64,000 bases of DNA from an uncultured Clostridia bacterium (GCA_964465065.1 CAYXHZ010000002.1:41588-105587); one strand, 5' to 3'; numbered from the stretch's first letter, positions 46,271-56,405 are shown. Numbers and translations are program-made. Notes: generated from the letters alone by a model not told the origin.

Positions 46271-47215
46271 TCAAGGCCAGAGGTAGGCCATATAGACTAT
46301 ATAAGCAAGGATCAAGACGCAGGCTTCGCCGCGGCTGATCCGCGAACGGCTGTTCATCATGATCAGCAACAGGATGGACAGGCCGGTCATGACCGCCAGA
46401 TCGACTGCGCCGATCCCCTGCGGCCGGATCGGTGTCAGCAGACCGCCCACACCCAGTATGGCCAAAATGTTGAAAATACTGGAACCGATCACATTGCCGA
46501 CGGCGATATCCGCCTCTTTTCTGGCCGTTGCCACGACCGTGGTGGCCAATTCTGGCAGGCTGGTCCCGCCGGCAACGATGGTCAGAGCGATCAGCGCCTG
46601 CGATACTCCGAGCGATTCGGCCAAGCTGATCGCTCCGTTGACGAAAAAGTGCGATCCGACCATCAGTCCCATGAGTCCCAAGCCGATCAGCAGGGCATCG
46701 TCCAGGACATTGTCGAGCAGAGGCTTCTGCCAGCGTCCTGAATCAAGTCGGGACCGTGCAGCGGCTCTTTTCTTTTCGCTGTAGACAGTGACTGCGGTAT
46801 ATATAATCATCCCCGACAGCAACAGTCCGGCCTCGGGGCGGTCCAGCACACCGTCCTGCAGCATGGCGATGAAAATTCCGACAGCGCCGATCATGACCGG
46901 AGCATCGAATTTCAGCAGCTTGCCGTTGACCTTCAAAGGCGCCATGAATGCCGTAACACCTAATATCACAGCAATATTGAAAATATTGGAACCGACGACA
47001 TTGCCGACGGCGATACTGCCCAGCCCCGAAAGCGCCGCCTCGATGCTGACCACAAGTTCCGGTGCGCTGGTTCCCATGGCCACGACGGTCAAGCCGACGA
47101 CCAGCGGTGAAATGCCGAAACGCAAGGCCAGGCTCGAACTGCCCCGGACCAGCCAGTCGGCGCCCCAGTACAACAGAATTCCGCCCACCAGCAGCAAGAG
47201 AGTCATATGATTCAT
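46271..47215 (-). CDS. Ca2+/Na+ antiporter (CaCA / YrbG family)
   Basis: Two alpha-repeat regions with GTSAPEL and GTSLPEL motifs. Confidence 0.85.
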   Translation of the reverse strand: MNHMTLLLLVGGILLYWGADWLVRGSSSLALRFGISPLVVGLTVVAMGTSAPELVVSIEAALSGLGSIAVGNVVGSNIFNIAVILGVTAFMAPLKVNGKLLKFDAPVMIGAVGIFIAMLQDGVLDRPEAGLLLSGMIIYTAVTVYSEKKRAAARSRLDSGRWQKPLLDNVLDDALLIGLGLMGLMVGSHFFVNGAISLAESLGVSQALIALTIVAGGTSLPELATTVVATARKEADIAVGNVIGSSIFNILAILGVGGLLTPIRPQGIGAVDLAVMTGLSILLLIMMNSRSRISRGEACVLILAYIVYMAYLWP

Positions 47216-47348
47216 GCTCGCTCCACAGATCCTAGCTTACGCTGAAAAGAGATTGCAGTAAATCTGAACCAGGGAAAGGTTTCAACATGCAAAAAAAAGG
47301 CGGACACCAGAGTCCGCCCCTTTACCGTATCGATCGGAAATCGACCTG

Positions 47349-47774
47349 TCAGTTCATCTTGGCCATGACTTCGCTGAAGCGTTTATTGGCGGCCTGTACG
47401 GCCTCGTCGGCATAGAACTGGCCCAGTTTCATCATCGAAGTGCCCATCTTTTCGCCGGCTTTGGTGATGCGATCCACGATTTCCTTGTATTCGGCCGGAA
47501 TCTCGCCACCTTCTTTGCCCATGGTTTTCAGTTCCGGATGCTTCTCGTTGACGGCTTTCATTTCGGGGATCAGTTTCTCCATGGCGTCGGTGTAGGCGTT
47601 CAAAGCCGCGGCCACCGAAGCTGCGCTGTCCGCTTTTTCCATCGAATTGGCCAGGTCCTCCATGACCACCGCAAACTTCTCCATCGTGGCCTTCGGACCG
47701 GCGTCGGCGCCGCCTCCGCAGGCCGCCAGCAACATCACTAGAGCCATCAGAGCCAATACAGCACGCATTTTCAT
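47349..47774 (-). CDS. Lipoprotein, hypothetical
   Basis: Lipobox MALVMLLAACGG; 141 aa, helical. Confidence 0.55.
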   Translation of the reverse strand: MKMRAVLALMALVMLLAACGGGADAGPKATMEKFAVVMEDLANSMEKADSAASVAAALNAYTDAMEKLIPEMKAVNEKHPELKTMGKEGGEIPAEYKEIVDRITKAGEKMGTSMMKLGQFYADEAVQAANKRFSEVMAKMN

Positions 47775-47900
47775 TAAAGCCTCCTTGTTAGATCACACCC
47801 CAACCGAAAAAAACGTCAGTCTATCCTTTCGGATTGTGGGATATGGATAACAATATGCCAAAAGAAAACCGGATTCAACCACCAGACCCAAAATAAAAAA

Positions 47901-49457
47901 TCACCGGCCAGCTTGCGGCATTGCCGCCAGGTCCAGGACCAGGCCCTCCAGCAAGCGGCGCGTTTTTTTCTGCGGGCACATTGCCAGCAGGGGCTTGATG
48001 GTCTCGAACCGTTCCCGGATCTCCAGCAGGCTGCGCTCGAGACGTTTCCGCTTCAGCACGTATTCTCTCTTTTGCTCATCGTCTTCGTCTTGCGCATCCA
48101 GATCGGCCTGCAGACGGCCGATCTGAGCCAGATCGCAGCGCATGGACCGCTCAAAGTCAGCAAAGGCCTGGGCGTAGCGTTTCTGTTTGTAGGCGACCAG
48201 TCCCAGGTAAAAATCGGCAACCGAACGGGGGCTTTTCAGTCTGTCGGACAGCGAACGACACCTTTCAAAACTGAGCCGGGCCGGTTCGAGGCGGTCGCCA
48301 AGGTAGTGGATAATGCCCTCCAGCTCCCAGACATCGGGCGATTCTTCGAGCTGCTCTTTGGCTGCGGCAAGCTCGCTGAGCGCCTCGTCGTAGCGCTGCA
48401 GGTGGTACTGGTTGACGGCCCGGTAATAGTGCGCCTGTCCCTGATAGAGCAGTTGCCTGTCGATGATTGTCGTGAAGGTGGTCAGCGAGTCTTCGTAGAG
48501 TTGGCTGTACAGCTGGGCGGCCCCCATTCCGAACAGCGCTTCGTAGTCGTAGGGCAGACGCATCAGAACCCGCTGGTAGTGCTCCATGGCTTTGGCGTAA
48601 TTTTCGTAGCTCAGGTTGATCAGCCCCAGACTGCGCTGAATACCCGGCAGATCGGCCGTTCTGTCCAGGACATATCGAAACTGCTTTTCGGCCGCCGCCT
48701 TACGGTTCGTACTCAGCAGCTGCTGCGCCTGATAATACCGTGGTTCGATGTACTCCTCGTCCAGCTCGAAAAACTGGCTGAAATCGCTCAAATCCTGCAT
48801 TTTCAAGTACAAAAGCAACGGGGACAGCGGATATTTCTCCTCCATCAGTGCCTGCAGCCTCTTCTGTCGGCTGCGCAGGGTTTGCATATCGACATATTTG
48901 CCGTAAATATCGCAGTATTGATAGTAAACTAAAATTTCCCAATCGGCGGCGAAGGCATCGACGACAATCGGCGTTTCTTGGCTGAAACGCTCATACTCCC
49001 GTTGCACCTGCTCGGCCACTCTGCCTGCGGAATCGTCGCTGGAAACGAAGGCCGCCTGGATCAGGCGGTAGTTTCTATAGATTATCCGGCGCAGGCAGAG
49101 TTCGATGGGACTTTGCAGAGCCTCTTCCAAAGCCATGAACCGTTCCTGTTCCTGCTGGCAGGGAATCTGCAAATCGAGCATGCGCACAATCAACAACCCC
49201 AGGTTCACAGCCCGTTTCTTCCTCAATTCGGCTGTCGGCTTGATCTGTTCCGCTTGTTCGTAGCAACGCTCGGCCCTCAACCAACCCAGGTAGTGCCGCT
49301 TTTGCGTCGAGCGCTCCCCTTCGTCGATCAGATTCAGCCAACGGATATCGGGCTCGCTATTCGGTTTCAGCGCACCTTTGTCGGCGCAGGCCGTCATGCT
49401 CAACAGCGCTGCGCAAACCATCGGCAGTATTCCGATCGCTTTTTTATATTCTTGCTT
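47901..49457 (-). CDS. TPR-repeat lipoprotein
   Basis: ATG at 49457 (MKQEYKK); lipobox LLSMTACAD; multiple TPR-like repeats. Confidence 0.6.
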   Translation of the reverse strand, partial: KQEYKKAIGILPMVCAALLSMTACADKGALKPNSEPDIRWLNLIDEGERSTQKRHYLGWLRAERCYEQAEQIKPTAELRKKRAVNLGLLIVRMLDLQIPCQQEQERFMALEEALQSPIELCLRRIIYRNYRLIQAAFVSSDDSAGRVAEQVQREYERFSQETPIVVDAFAADWEILVYYQYCDIYGKYVDMQTLRSRQKRLQALMEEKYPLSPLLLYLKMQDLSDFSQFFELDEEYIEPRYYQAQQLLSTNRKAAAEKQFRYVLDRTADLPGIQRSLGLINLSYENYAKAMEHYQRVLMRLPYDYEALFGMGAAQLYSQLYEDSLTTFTTIIDRQLLYQGQAHYYRAVNQYHLQRYDEALSELAAAKEQLEESPDVWELEGIIHYLGDRLEPARLSFERCRSLSDRLKSPRSVADFYLGLVAYKQKRYAQAFADFERSMRCDLAQIGRLQADLDAQDEDDEQKREYVLKRKRLERSLLEIRERFETIKPLLAMCPQKKTRRLLEGLVLDLAAMPQAGR

Positions 49458-49632
49458 CATCGACACCTCACTCATACGACATCTGTCACAAAAGAATAAC
49501 CGTGCACCAAAAGAATGTCAAGTGCCTAGCGGTTGCCAAGCAATCATCTGCCTTGTCGGCCATCTGATTTCCGTCTGGCTTATATTTAAAAATGAAATTG
49601 ACAGCCGGTAAAATCGAAATTATTATATTAAA

Positions 49633-49709
49633 AATGCCTTTACATCCCCCCTAAGGGACCGCCCTTCAACTCCTTAAGGCCGCTTGGCTGGGGCGGTCCC
49701 GCCTTTTTA
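49633..49709 (+). ncRNA. Candidate small RNA (about 75 nt): own sigma70 promoter, GC-rich stem-loop, T-run terminator
   Basis: TTGACA (49598-49603), 17-nt spacer, TATTAT (49621-49626). Downstream stem GGGACCGCCC (49655-49664) / GGGCGGTCCC (49691-49700), then GCCTTTTTA. Confidence 0.35.
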
Positions 49710-49796
49710 CAGGCCATCACGGCTTATTTTTGTTCTGAAATGTAAACCAAATTCTTAATTTTATAAATTAACAAGCCAATTTTTGCTAATTATATT

Positions 49797-49825
49797 GTTG
49801 ACAAGCCGACCGGCAGCCCCTATGA
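49797..49825 (+). promoter_or_regulatory. Sigma70-type promoter TTGACA-N17-TATGAT for the 2-oxoacid oxidoreductase operon
   Basis: TTGACAAGCCGACCGGCAGCCCCTATGAT preceded by an AT-rich UP-like tract; 57 nt upstream of the first ATG (49882). Confidence 0.6.
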
Positions 49826-49881
49826 TCAAAGCAAAAGCGTTGACGCCTCGGCAACAAGGCGAACGACGTCATGGAGGTACT

Positions 49882-50427
49882 ATGGTCCAAGTCAGATGGC
49901 ATGGCCGCGGCGGTCAGGGCGGATTCACCGCCGCCCGCTTGCTGGGTATGGCCGCGGCCCTGTTCGAAAACAAGTACGCCTTGGCTTTCCCGGCCTTCGG
50001 CCCCGAACGCCGTGGCGCACCGGTTTTGGGATTCACCCGCATCGACAACTGCAAGATCACCGATCGCAGCGATGTCGAGCAGTGCGATTACGCCGTGGTT
50101 CTCGACGACACCCTGATCGAGCCCAGAGTCTGGCAGGGACTGAGACCCGGCGGGCGACTGATCGTCAACACCACGGACTCCACCGAGCTGCCGATACCTG
50201 CTGAAATTTCGGTTTGCCGTATCGACGCCACCAGTCTGGCCCTGGAGAGCCTTGGACAACCGATCACCAACACAGCCATGCTGGGTGCCTTGCTGGCAGT
50301 GTCAGGCATCGTCAGCTGCGAATCGGCCGGCCGGGCCCTGCAGTCCAGCATGCCGGCCAAACTGGCCGACAAGAACATCGGCCTGCTCGAGCGCGCCTAC
50401 CGGATGACCCTGGAGAAAAGTCGATGA
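49882..50427 (+). CDS. 2-oxoacid:ferredoxin oxidoreductase gamma subunit
   Basis: ATG at 49882 with GGAGGT RBS; VRWHGRGGQGGFTAARLLG is the typical gamma-subunit N-terminus. Confidence 0.85.
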   Translation: MVQVRWHGRGGQGGFTAARLLGMAAALFENKYALAFPAFGPERRGAPVLGFTRIDNCKITDRSDVEQCDYAVVLDDTLIEPRVWQGLRPGGRLIVNTTDSTELPIPAEISVCRIDATSLALESLGQPITNTAMLGALLAVSGIVSCESAGRALQSSMPAKLADKNIGLLERAYRMTLEKSR

Positions 50428-50753
50428 GTCAAGAAACGAAAGCTTCCATTTATCCGGTAATTCAACCCTTGCCCCGGCCCGAGCATATCGACCAATACCC
50501 GGTCGGTACGAACTGTCCAGCCGGTCAGCTGGTCGAAGGCCATGCCGGCTGGCGGACTTTCCGCCCTGTGGTCAGTCGGGAAAAATGTACCGGCTGCTGG
50601 ATGTGCTACCTGCTCTGCCCCGACGCCGCCATCTTCAAGGACGAGGGCAAAGCGGCGGTCAACACCGATTTTTGCAAGGGCTGCGGCCTGTGCGCCCGTC
50701 ATTGTCCGGTTCAGGCCATCACCATGGTCAAGGAGAACGAACATGAGCGTTGA
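50424..50753 (+). CDS. 2-oxoacid:ferredoxin oxidoreductase delta subunit (2x[4Fe-4S] ferredoxin)
   Basis: Start overlaps the gamma stop (ATGA); CTGCWMCYLLCPD and CKGCGLCARHCP cluster motifs. Confidence 0.85.
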   Translation: MSQETKASIYPVIQPLPRPEHIDQYPVGTNCPAGQLVEGHAGWRTFRPVVSREKCTGCWMCYLLCPDAAIFKDEGKAAVNTDFCKGCGLCARHCPVQAITMVKENEHER

Positions 50754-51942
50754 AGCCACCCGCAGACGTTTCGTATCCGGCAACGAGGCCGTCGCCCTGG
50801 CCGTCCGTCTGGCCCGGGCCCAGGTCATTTCCGCCTACCCCATCACCCCGCAGACCGTCGTCGTCGAACGCCTGTCGGAAATGGTCGAAGACGGCTCGCT
50901 GTCGGCCGAGTTCATGCATGTCGAATCGGAACATTCAGCCATTTCGGCAGCCATGGGAGCCAGCGCCGTCGGCGCCCGCACCTTCACCGCCAGTTCTTCC
51001 CAGGGTCTGGTCTACATGGCCGAAGGTCTGCACTACGCCAGCGGCGGCCGCTTCCCCATCGTCATGATGAACGCCTGCCGTTCCCTGGCCTTGCCCTGGA
51101 GCATATTCGGCGACCAACGCGATTCCCTGTCCCTGCTCGACTGCGGCTGGATGCAGGTGTACGTCGAAGACGCCCAGGAAGCCCTGGACATGACCCTGCA
51201 AGCCTACCGCATCGCCGAAGATCCGAACGTGCTGACACCGATGATGGTCAACCTGGACGGTTTCATCCTCACCCACACCTACGAACCGGTCGAAGAACCG
51301 CTTGCCGAAGAGGTCGACCGTTTTCTGCCCCCGTTCACCACCGTCAACAAGATGGATCTCGACCGGCCCCAAAGCCTGGGCTTCACCTCCCCGCCCGGCG
51401 ACAACCTGGAATTCAAATACCAGCAGCACCAGGCCATGCTCGAGGCCATTGCGGTCATCGAGGCTACGGAAAAGGACTATCAGAAGCGCTTCGGACGCGA
51501 TTATGGCGGCCTGTGCGAAGCCTACCGCTGTCAGGACGCCGCGGTGATCCTGGTCGCTTTGGGCAGTGTCTGCGGAACGGCCCGGATTGTGGTCGACCAG
51601 CTGCGCAGTCAGGGCAAGGCGGTCGGACTGCTCAAGCTGCGGTACATGCGGCCTTTCCCCGCCGACGCACTGCGCCGGAACCTGTCATCAGCCCGCGCCG
51701 TCGGCGTGCTCGACAAAGACATCTCCTTCGGCTACGAGGGCACCGTTTTCACCAACGTCAATTCCTGCCTGCAGGCTCTGCCCTCTTCCCCGCCGACCTA
51801 CAATTATATCGGCGGTCTGGGCGGTCGCAACGTCTCCAAACAGGACATCGAAGATATCTACCTGCAATTGCTGACGGCCGTTGAGCGGCCGCTGCCCAGA
51901 CGGGTACAGTTTTTCAACATGAGGTGCCGGACAGATGAATAA
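50743..51942 (+). CDS. 2-oxoacid:ferredoxin oxidoreductase alpha subunit
   Basis: 399 aa; GNEAVALAVRLARAQVISAYPITPQT N-terminus typical of PorA/VorA/KorA. Confidence 0.85.
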   Translation: MSVEATRRRFVSGNEAVALAVRLARAQVISAYPITPQTVVVERLSEMVEDGSLSAEFMHVESEHSAISAAMGASAVGARTFTASSSQGLVYMAEGLHYASGGRFPIVMMNACRSLALPWSIFGDQRDSLSLLDCGWMQVYVEDAQEALDMTLQAYRIAEDPNVLTPMMVNLDGFILTHTYEPVEEPLAEEVDRFLPPFTTVNKMDLDRPQSLGFTSPPGDNLEFKYQQHQAMLEAIAVIEATEKDYQKRFGRDYGGLCEAYRCQDAAVILVALGSVCGTARIVVDQLRSQGKAVGLLKLRYMRPFPADALRRNLSSARAVGVLDKDISFGYEGTVFTNVNSCLQALPSSPPTYNYIGGLGGRNVSKQDIEDIYLQLLTAVERPLPRRVQFFNMRCRTDE

Positions 51943-52837
51943 ACCACAAACGATCAACGCCAGAACCATTACCGAACAGGAATACTTCGTCGGTCACAAG
52001 GCCTGCGCCGGCTGCGGAGCGGCCATCGCCGTCCGCCTGGCCCTGAAGGTGCTGGGTCCGGACACTTTTTCGATCCTGCCGGCCGGTTGCATGGCCGCGG
52101 TGGGTTTCATTTACCCGCAAATGGCCTTCACCCGAAACGCAATCATCTCCACCTTTCCCGGGGCCGCCTCCATGGCCTCCGGGGTTGCCGCCGGCGCCAA
52201 GGCTCTGGGGCTGCGCCGCCACCACACCATCGTCTTCGCCGGAGACGGAGGCACCGCCGACATCGGCCTGCAGGCCCTGTCGGGAACCATCGACCGTTCC
52301 GACCGGGTCATCTACGTCTGCTACGACAACGAGGCCTACATGAACACCGGGATCCAGAAAAGCGGTCTGACACCGTTCGGCAGCCGCACCACCACTTCAC
52401 CGGCCGGGAAAAATCTGCCCGGGACCGTCAATCACAAGAAAAACCTGTTCGAAATCATCACCGCCCACGGTATCGCCTACGCGGCCACGGCCAGCATCGG
52501 CTACCCCCAGGACTACATGAACAAGATCGCCCGGGCCTCTCAGGTCGACGGCCCATCCTTCATCCACATTCTTGCCTCCTGTCCGACCGGATGGGGCAGC
52601 GCCAGCGATTCGGCCGTGGAATTGGCCAAGGAAGCGGTCAGCTGCGGACTGTGGATCATGGCTGAATTTCAGGATGGCGAATACCGCCTGAACGTCAACC
52701 CCAAGACCTTCAGCCCCATCGAGGATTATCTGGGCAAGCAGAAGCGCTTTTCCCACCTCAGGGCGGAGCAGGTCGAAACGATCCGGACCTGGCGCGACCA
52801 GCAGTGGAACCGCTTCCGCCGCAAGTGCCCGGCCTGA
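51935..52837 (+). CDS. 2-oxoacid:ferredoxin oxidoreductase beta subunit (TPP-binding)
   Basis: Overlaps the alpha end; CAGCG...GDGGTADIGLQALSG...YDNEAYMNTG are TPP-binding motifs. Confidence 0.85.
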   Translation: MNKPQTINARTITEQEYFVGHKACAGCGAAIAVRLALKVLGPDTFSILPAGCMAAVGFIYPQMAFTRNAIISTFPGAASMASGVAAGAKALGLRRHHTIVFAGDGGTADIGLQALSGTIDRSDRVIYVCYDNEAYMNTGIQKSGLTPFGSRTTTSPAGKNLPGTVNHKKNLFEIITAHGIAYAATASIGYPQDYMNKIARASQVDGPSFIHILASCPTGWGSASDSAVELAKEAVSCGLWIMAEFQDGEYRLNVNPKTFSPIEDYLGKQKRFSHLRAEQVETIRTWRDQQWNRFRRKCPA

Positions 52838-52864
52838 GCGAAGGGCGATCCACCCGGCAGCGGA

Positions 52865-54808
52865 TCAGTCGGCGGTGCCGGCCTGGATCCCGCTGGCACG
52901 GCTGACATAATCCAAGCGCAGACCGGCTTCCTTGAATTCCGAATCAAGGTCCAGGCACCGAGAATAGTAGCGCATGGCCAGCGGGATGTCGCTTTCCGCT
53001 TCGGCGATGCGGCCCAGATGGTACAGTACTCCGGCCTTGCGTCGCTCGGGCTCCAGTTCCTGCGGCACCCGGGCCCGTTCCAGCGTGCCGAACAGGGATT
53101 TGGCGGCCTGGATCTGACCGGCGTTCTCCAGGGCCGAAGCCCAACGGTAGAGCATGAGGTAATCCTGCAGCTCATCCAGGCCGGCCATCTGGCAATAGGC
53201 CTGCTGCAGCAGGGTCTGGGAATCCTGTCCGGCCTTCAGGGTCAGGCAGAAACGGACTTTCTTGCTGTCCCAGCTCTTTATCAGACCGCGGGTGCTGAGC
53301 AGCAATCTGCCGAAACGGGAGTATATATTGTTGATGTAAGCCGGATCCGGTGGACGCTGCCCCATCCACAGCGCTTCCATGACGATCCCGCTGTGTTCCA
53401 GGAGCAGGCGGAACTTCTCGAAACTCTGCAGCGGAACCTGATCGATGGGGCGACAGGCGCCCAGACCGATACGCCAGCCCTGCCTGGCCATAGCCAGGAT
53501 CTCGTCGAGATCCGCTTCCGAAAAGTCGACCAGAATCAGCAAACCCCGGTGCGGCTGACTGTTCAGCCTTTCGGCCCATTCCCTCCAGAAACGGGGCGTG
53601 ACGGTCAGCAGCGCCTTTTTCTTCGTCCATTCCAAAAAGTTTGTCAGCTCGGACCAGTCCGGTTTGTCCGGTAAAGTATCGAAAAGCGGGTACAGGGGCA
53701 GGCGGTCCTGAAGATCGGTCCGGATCAGCATAGCCCGGCCGTCCAGCGGATCGTAGCCTTCGATGCAGTATCCCTTTTTGAGATCGAAGCGGATCAGCTG
53801 GCGCAGAATCGATCGATACTCTTCGTTTTGCACGTAGCGCCATACCGCCGCCGGTTTTTTCCCTTCCTCGAAATCATCGTCGGTTCCAGCGCTGTCGTCC
53901 AGACCACGCAGGAATTCACAATGGCTCAGGGCCAGGCCCTTGACATCCAATCCGCAAAAAAGCGGCCGTACCTTGCGTTCCTTGTCGAACCAGCGGCCGT
54001 ATTGCCTTTGGTTGTCAATCAGGAAGAAATCGTAGGGCCAGGACTGCGGCAGTCCCGGACCGAATACCAGCGGACGGTCAGAGCGGGCCAGCAGCCGGGT
54101 CAACAGGTCGCTGTGAACTTTGAAATCGCCGTTATCGATATCGTAACGGACCGGCCACGCCTGCGGCCAGGCGCACAGCTCGGCCCCCTGACGGATCAAC
54201 TGAAAACCCTGCTGCTGCAGATTCTGAAGGCAATCGGACATCGAAGCTGAAATCCGCTGCCCGTCCGCTTCGTCGGCCGGCAGAGTTTCGCTCCAGAACA
54301 GGGGCAGATCTCCCAACTGACAGGCGACGGTTCTCAGCCACCCGAGCAACTGCTCCACAGCCAGCCCACGTGCCAATGCGTCGAACAGAACCAGCTTGTC
54401 GATCGCACCGGAGCAGAACGGGACTGATTCAGCGGCATCTGTCGTCAGCGGAATCGTCGCGTATTTCAAGTTTTCACACCGATAGCGCCTGGCAGCGTAG
54501 CGGACCCAATCCTCCCGCCAGTCCATCGCTTTCACCTCAGCGCACATATGGGCGAGATAATGGCTGGTGAAACCGTCACCGCACCCCAGTACCAGCAGCC
54601 GCTCCCGGTCTCCGAGCAAGGAGCGCACTCGGCGCAGGGCATCGGCATGGATCGGCCCCGTCAAGTCGGCGATTTTCAGACCGTCAGCACCGACGAGGCG
54701 GATGCGTTCCCCATCCGGGAAGGTGGCCAGCGTGACCGGTTCGGCCATCGTCCGATAGCGGACCGAGTTTCGATTCTTATCCATTTTGCCCGATCGTCTG
54801 TCCGGCAC
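52865..54808 (-). CDS. Large multidomain protein: N-terminal class-I SAM-dependent methyltransferase-like fold, central unknown region, C-terminal TPR-like helices
   Basis: 647 aa; LVLGCGDGFTSHYL resembles methyltransferase motif I; the C-terminus has TPR-like repeats (...YHLGRIAEAESDIPLAMRYYSRCLDLD...). Start codon uncertain (54808/54784/54748). Confidence 0.5.
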   Translation of the reverse strand: MPDRRSGKMDKNRNSVRYRTMAEPVTLATFPDGERIRLVGADGLKIADLTGPIHADALRRVRSLLGDRERLLVLGCGDGFTSHYLAHMCAEVKAMDWREDWVRYAARRYRCENLKYATIPLTTDAAESVPFCSGAIDKLVLFDALARGLAVEQLLGWLRTVACQLGDLPLFWSETLPADEADGQRISASMSDCLQNLQQQGFQLIRQGAELCAWPQAWPVRYDIDNGDFKVHSDLLTRLLARSDRPLVFGPGLPQSWPYDFFLIDNQRQYGRWFDKERKVRPLFCGLDVKGLALSHCEFLRGLDDSAGTDDDFEEGKKPAAVWRYVQNEEYRSILRQLIRFDLKKGYCIEGYDPLDGRAMLIRTDLQDRLPLYPLFDTLPDKPDWSELTNFLEWTKKKALLTVTPRFWREWAERLNSQPHRGLLILVDFSEADLDEILAMARQGWRIGLGACRPIDQVPLQSFEKFRLLLEHSGIVMEALWMGQRPPDPAYINNIYSRFGRLLLSTRGLIKSWDSKKVRFCLTLKAGQDSQTLLQQAYCQMAGLDELQDYLMLYRWASALENAGQIQAAKSLFGTLERARVPQELEPERRKAGVLYHLGRIAEAESDIPLAMRYYSRCLDLDSEFKEAGLRLDYVSRASGIQAGTAD

Positions 54809-54960
54809 AGCGCCTTGTCAGCAGCTCGTTGACCGGAAATCTCCTTGTCGACAAATTATAAATCCAATTGTAACAAGAATGGCTCTTTTTCGCCATCTTG
54901 TCAGCTTGTCGGAAAACTGCTATGGTATCGCTTCGATCATTCTCAGCTTCGGAGGTTACA

Positions 54961-55575
54961 TTGACTGAACGTAAAGCGACTCACATCACTTGGCACGAAC
55001 ATTCCATCAGCCGCCAGGACCGCGAGGCCCTGTTGGGACAGAACGGCGCCCTGCTCTGGTTCACCGGCCTGTCCGCCAGTGGCAAGTCGACGGTGGCCAA
55101 TGCGCTGACCGTCCGACTGCACCAGATGTCCAAACTGACTTACGTCCTCGACGGCGACAATATCCGCCACGGCCTGAATAAAAACCTCGGCTTTTCTCCC
55201 GATGACCGCAAGGAGAATATCCGCCGGATCGCCGAAGTCGGCCGCCTGTTCGTCGACGCCGGTTTGATCGCCAGCACCGCGTTCATCTCTCCCTATCGGG
55301 AAGACCGCGACAACGCCCGGGCCCTGGTCGGACCGGACCGTTTCATCGAAATTTACGTCAAGGCAACACTGGACACCTGCCGGGTCCGTGACCCCAAAGG
55401 CCTCTACGATAAGGCCATGCGCGGTGAAATCAAGGAATTCACCGGCGTGTCGGCGCCCTATGAAGAACCGCTGCACCCGGAAATCGTCCTGGACGCCGAT
55501 CGCCTGAGCGTGGAGGAAGAAGTGGATCGGATCGTCGCCTATCTGATCGACAGAAAAATCATCAATAACGCTTGA
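54961..55575 (+). CDS. cysC: Adenylyl-sulfate (APS) kinase
   Basis: TTG start at 54961 with GGAGGT RBS 5 nt upstream (ATG alternatives lie far upstream); P-loop GLSASGKST; 204 aa typical of CysC. Confidence 0.85.
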   Translation: MTERKATHITWHEHSISRQDREALLGQNGALLWFTGLSASGKSTVANALTVRLHQMSKLTYVLDGDNIRHGLNKNLGFSPDDRKENIRRIAEVGRLFVDAGLIASTAFISPYREDRDNARALVGPDRFIEIYVKATLDTCRVRDPKGLYDKAMRGEIKEFTGVSAPYEEPLHPEIVLDADRLSVEEEVDRIVAYLIDRKIINNA

Positions 55576-55597
55576 TTTTCTTTTTCCCATTCGTATA

Positions 55598-55963
55598 ATG
55601 AAAATCAATATGGCGGGCGGGTACATCATATCTCCCCTTAAATCCCCAAAAAATACCCGCCCGACCTTCTCTTCATCCTCGCTGGGCACAATCGCCAAGT
55701 CGTTCTGTCTGGTCATCGTGCTGGTCCTGTTCAGCTGCGGCATCCCCCGGTCCGAGTACGATAAAGTAAAAGAGGAACACGCCGTCGAAAAAAAGGCCCT
55801 GCAAACCCAAGTCTCTGCCCTGATGGCGGAAGTCCAGCAGCTCAAAATCCAGCTTGCGGAGAAAGAGGCCCAATACAGCGCGCTGTTTTTTCGTTTCGAG
55901 AGCCTGAGCAGCGAATACCTCAAACTGAAACGGATAATCGAAACGCCTCAACCCGCCCTGTGA
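55598..55963 (+). CDS. Membrane-anchored coiled-coil hypothetical protein
   Basis: TM helix (FCLVIVLVLFSC) followed by a coiled coil (VSALMAEVQQLKIQLAEKEAQY). Confidence 0.45.
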   Translation: MKINMAGGYIISPLKSPKNTRPTFSSSSLGTIAKSFCLVIVLVLFSCGIPRSEYDKVKEEHAVEKKALQTQVSALMAEVQQLKIQLAEKEAQYSALFFRFESLSSEYLKLKRIIETPQPAL

Positions 55964-55974
55964 TCCTCCACCGC

Positions 55975-56394
55975 TCAACCGTCACCGGTCGACAACTCCC
56001 CCTTCATACTGTCGACAAGCGCGATCATCCGGCTCCAGGCTTCTGCTTGTCCCTGCAACTGCGGTTGCGATTGCAAACGCTCCAGATCGTTCATGATGCG
56101 AATGCGGATTTCTGCCGCTGCCGCCGACAGACTCAACGTGCAGCGGCGCCGGTCTTCTGAATCGCAATCACGATAAAGCAGCCGTTGATTGACCATCTGA
56201 TCGACCAATCGGCTGGCCCGCGACAGCGACAAATCGATCCGCTTCGCCAATTCTTTGCTGCATACGGCTTCCCCTTCGTCCAGTCGCATGAGCACCCAGA
56301 CCATCCCCGGGGTCAGACCGTTCTGCCTGGCGAACTCCTCTTCCCAGCGCCGCCATTTTGCGCTGAGTTCGAAGAGGAGTTCGACCAGTTTCAT
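55975..56394 (-). CDS. MarR-family transcriptional regulator
   Basis: Winged-HTH region (SKELAKRIDLSLSRASRLVDQMVNQRLLYRDCDSEDRR); overlaps the upstream thioredoxin gene (ATGA at 56406-56409 if start is 56409). Confidence 0.75.
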   Translation of the reverse strand: MKLVELLFELSAKWRRWEEEFARQNGLTPGMVWVLMRLDEGEAVCSKELAKRIDLSLSRASRLVDQMVNQRLLYRDCDSEDRRRCTLSLSAAAAEIRIRIMNDLERLQSQPQLQGQAEAWSRMIALVDSMKGELSTGDG

Positions 56395-56405
56395 GATCGG
56401 GCAGT

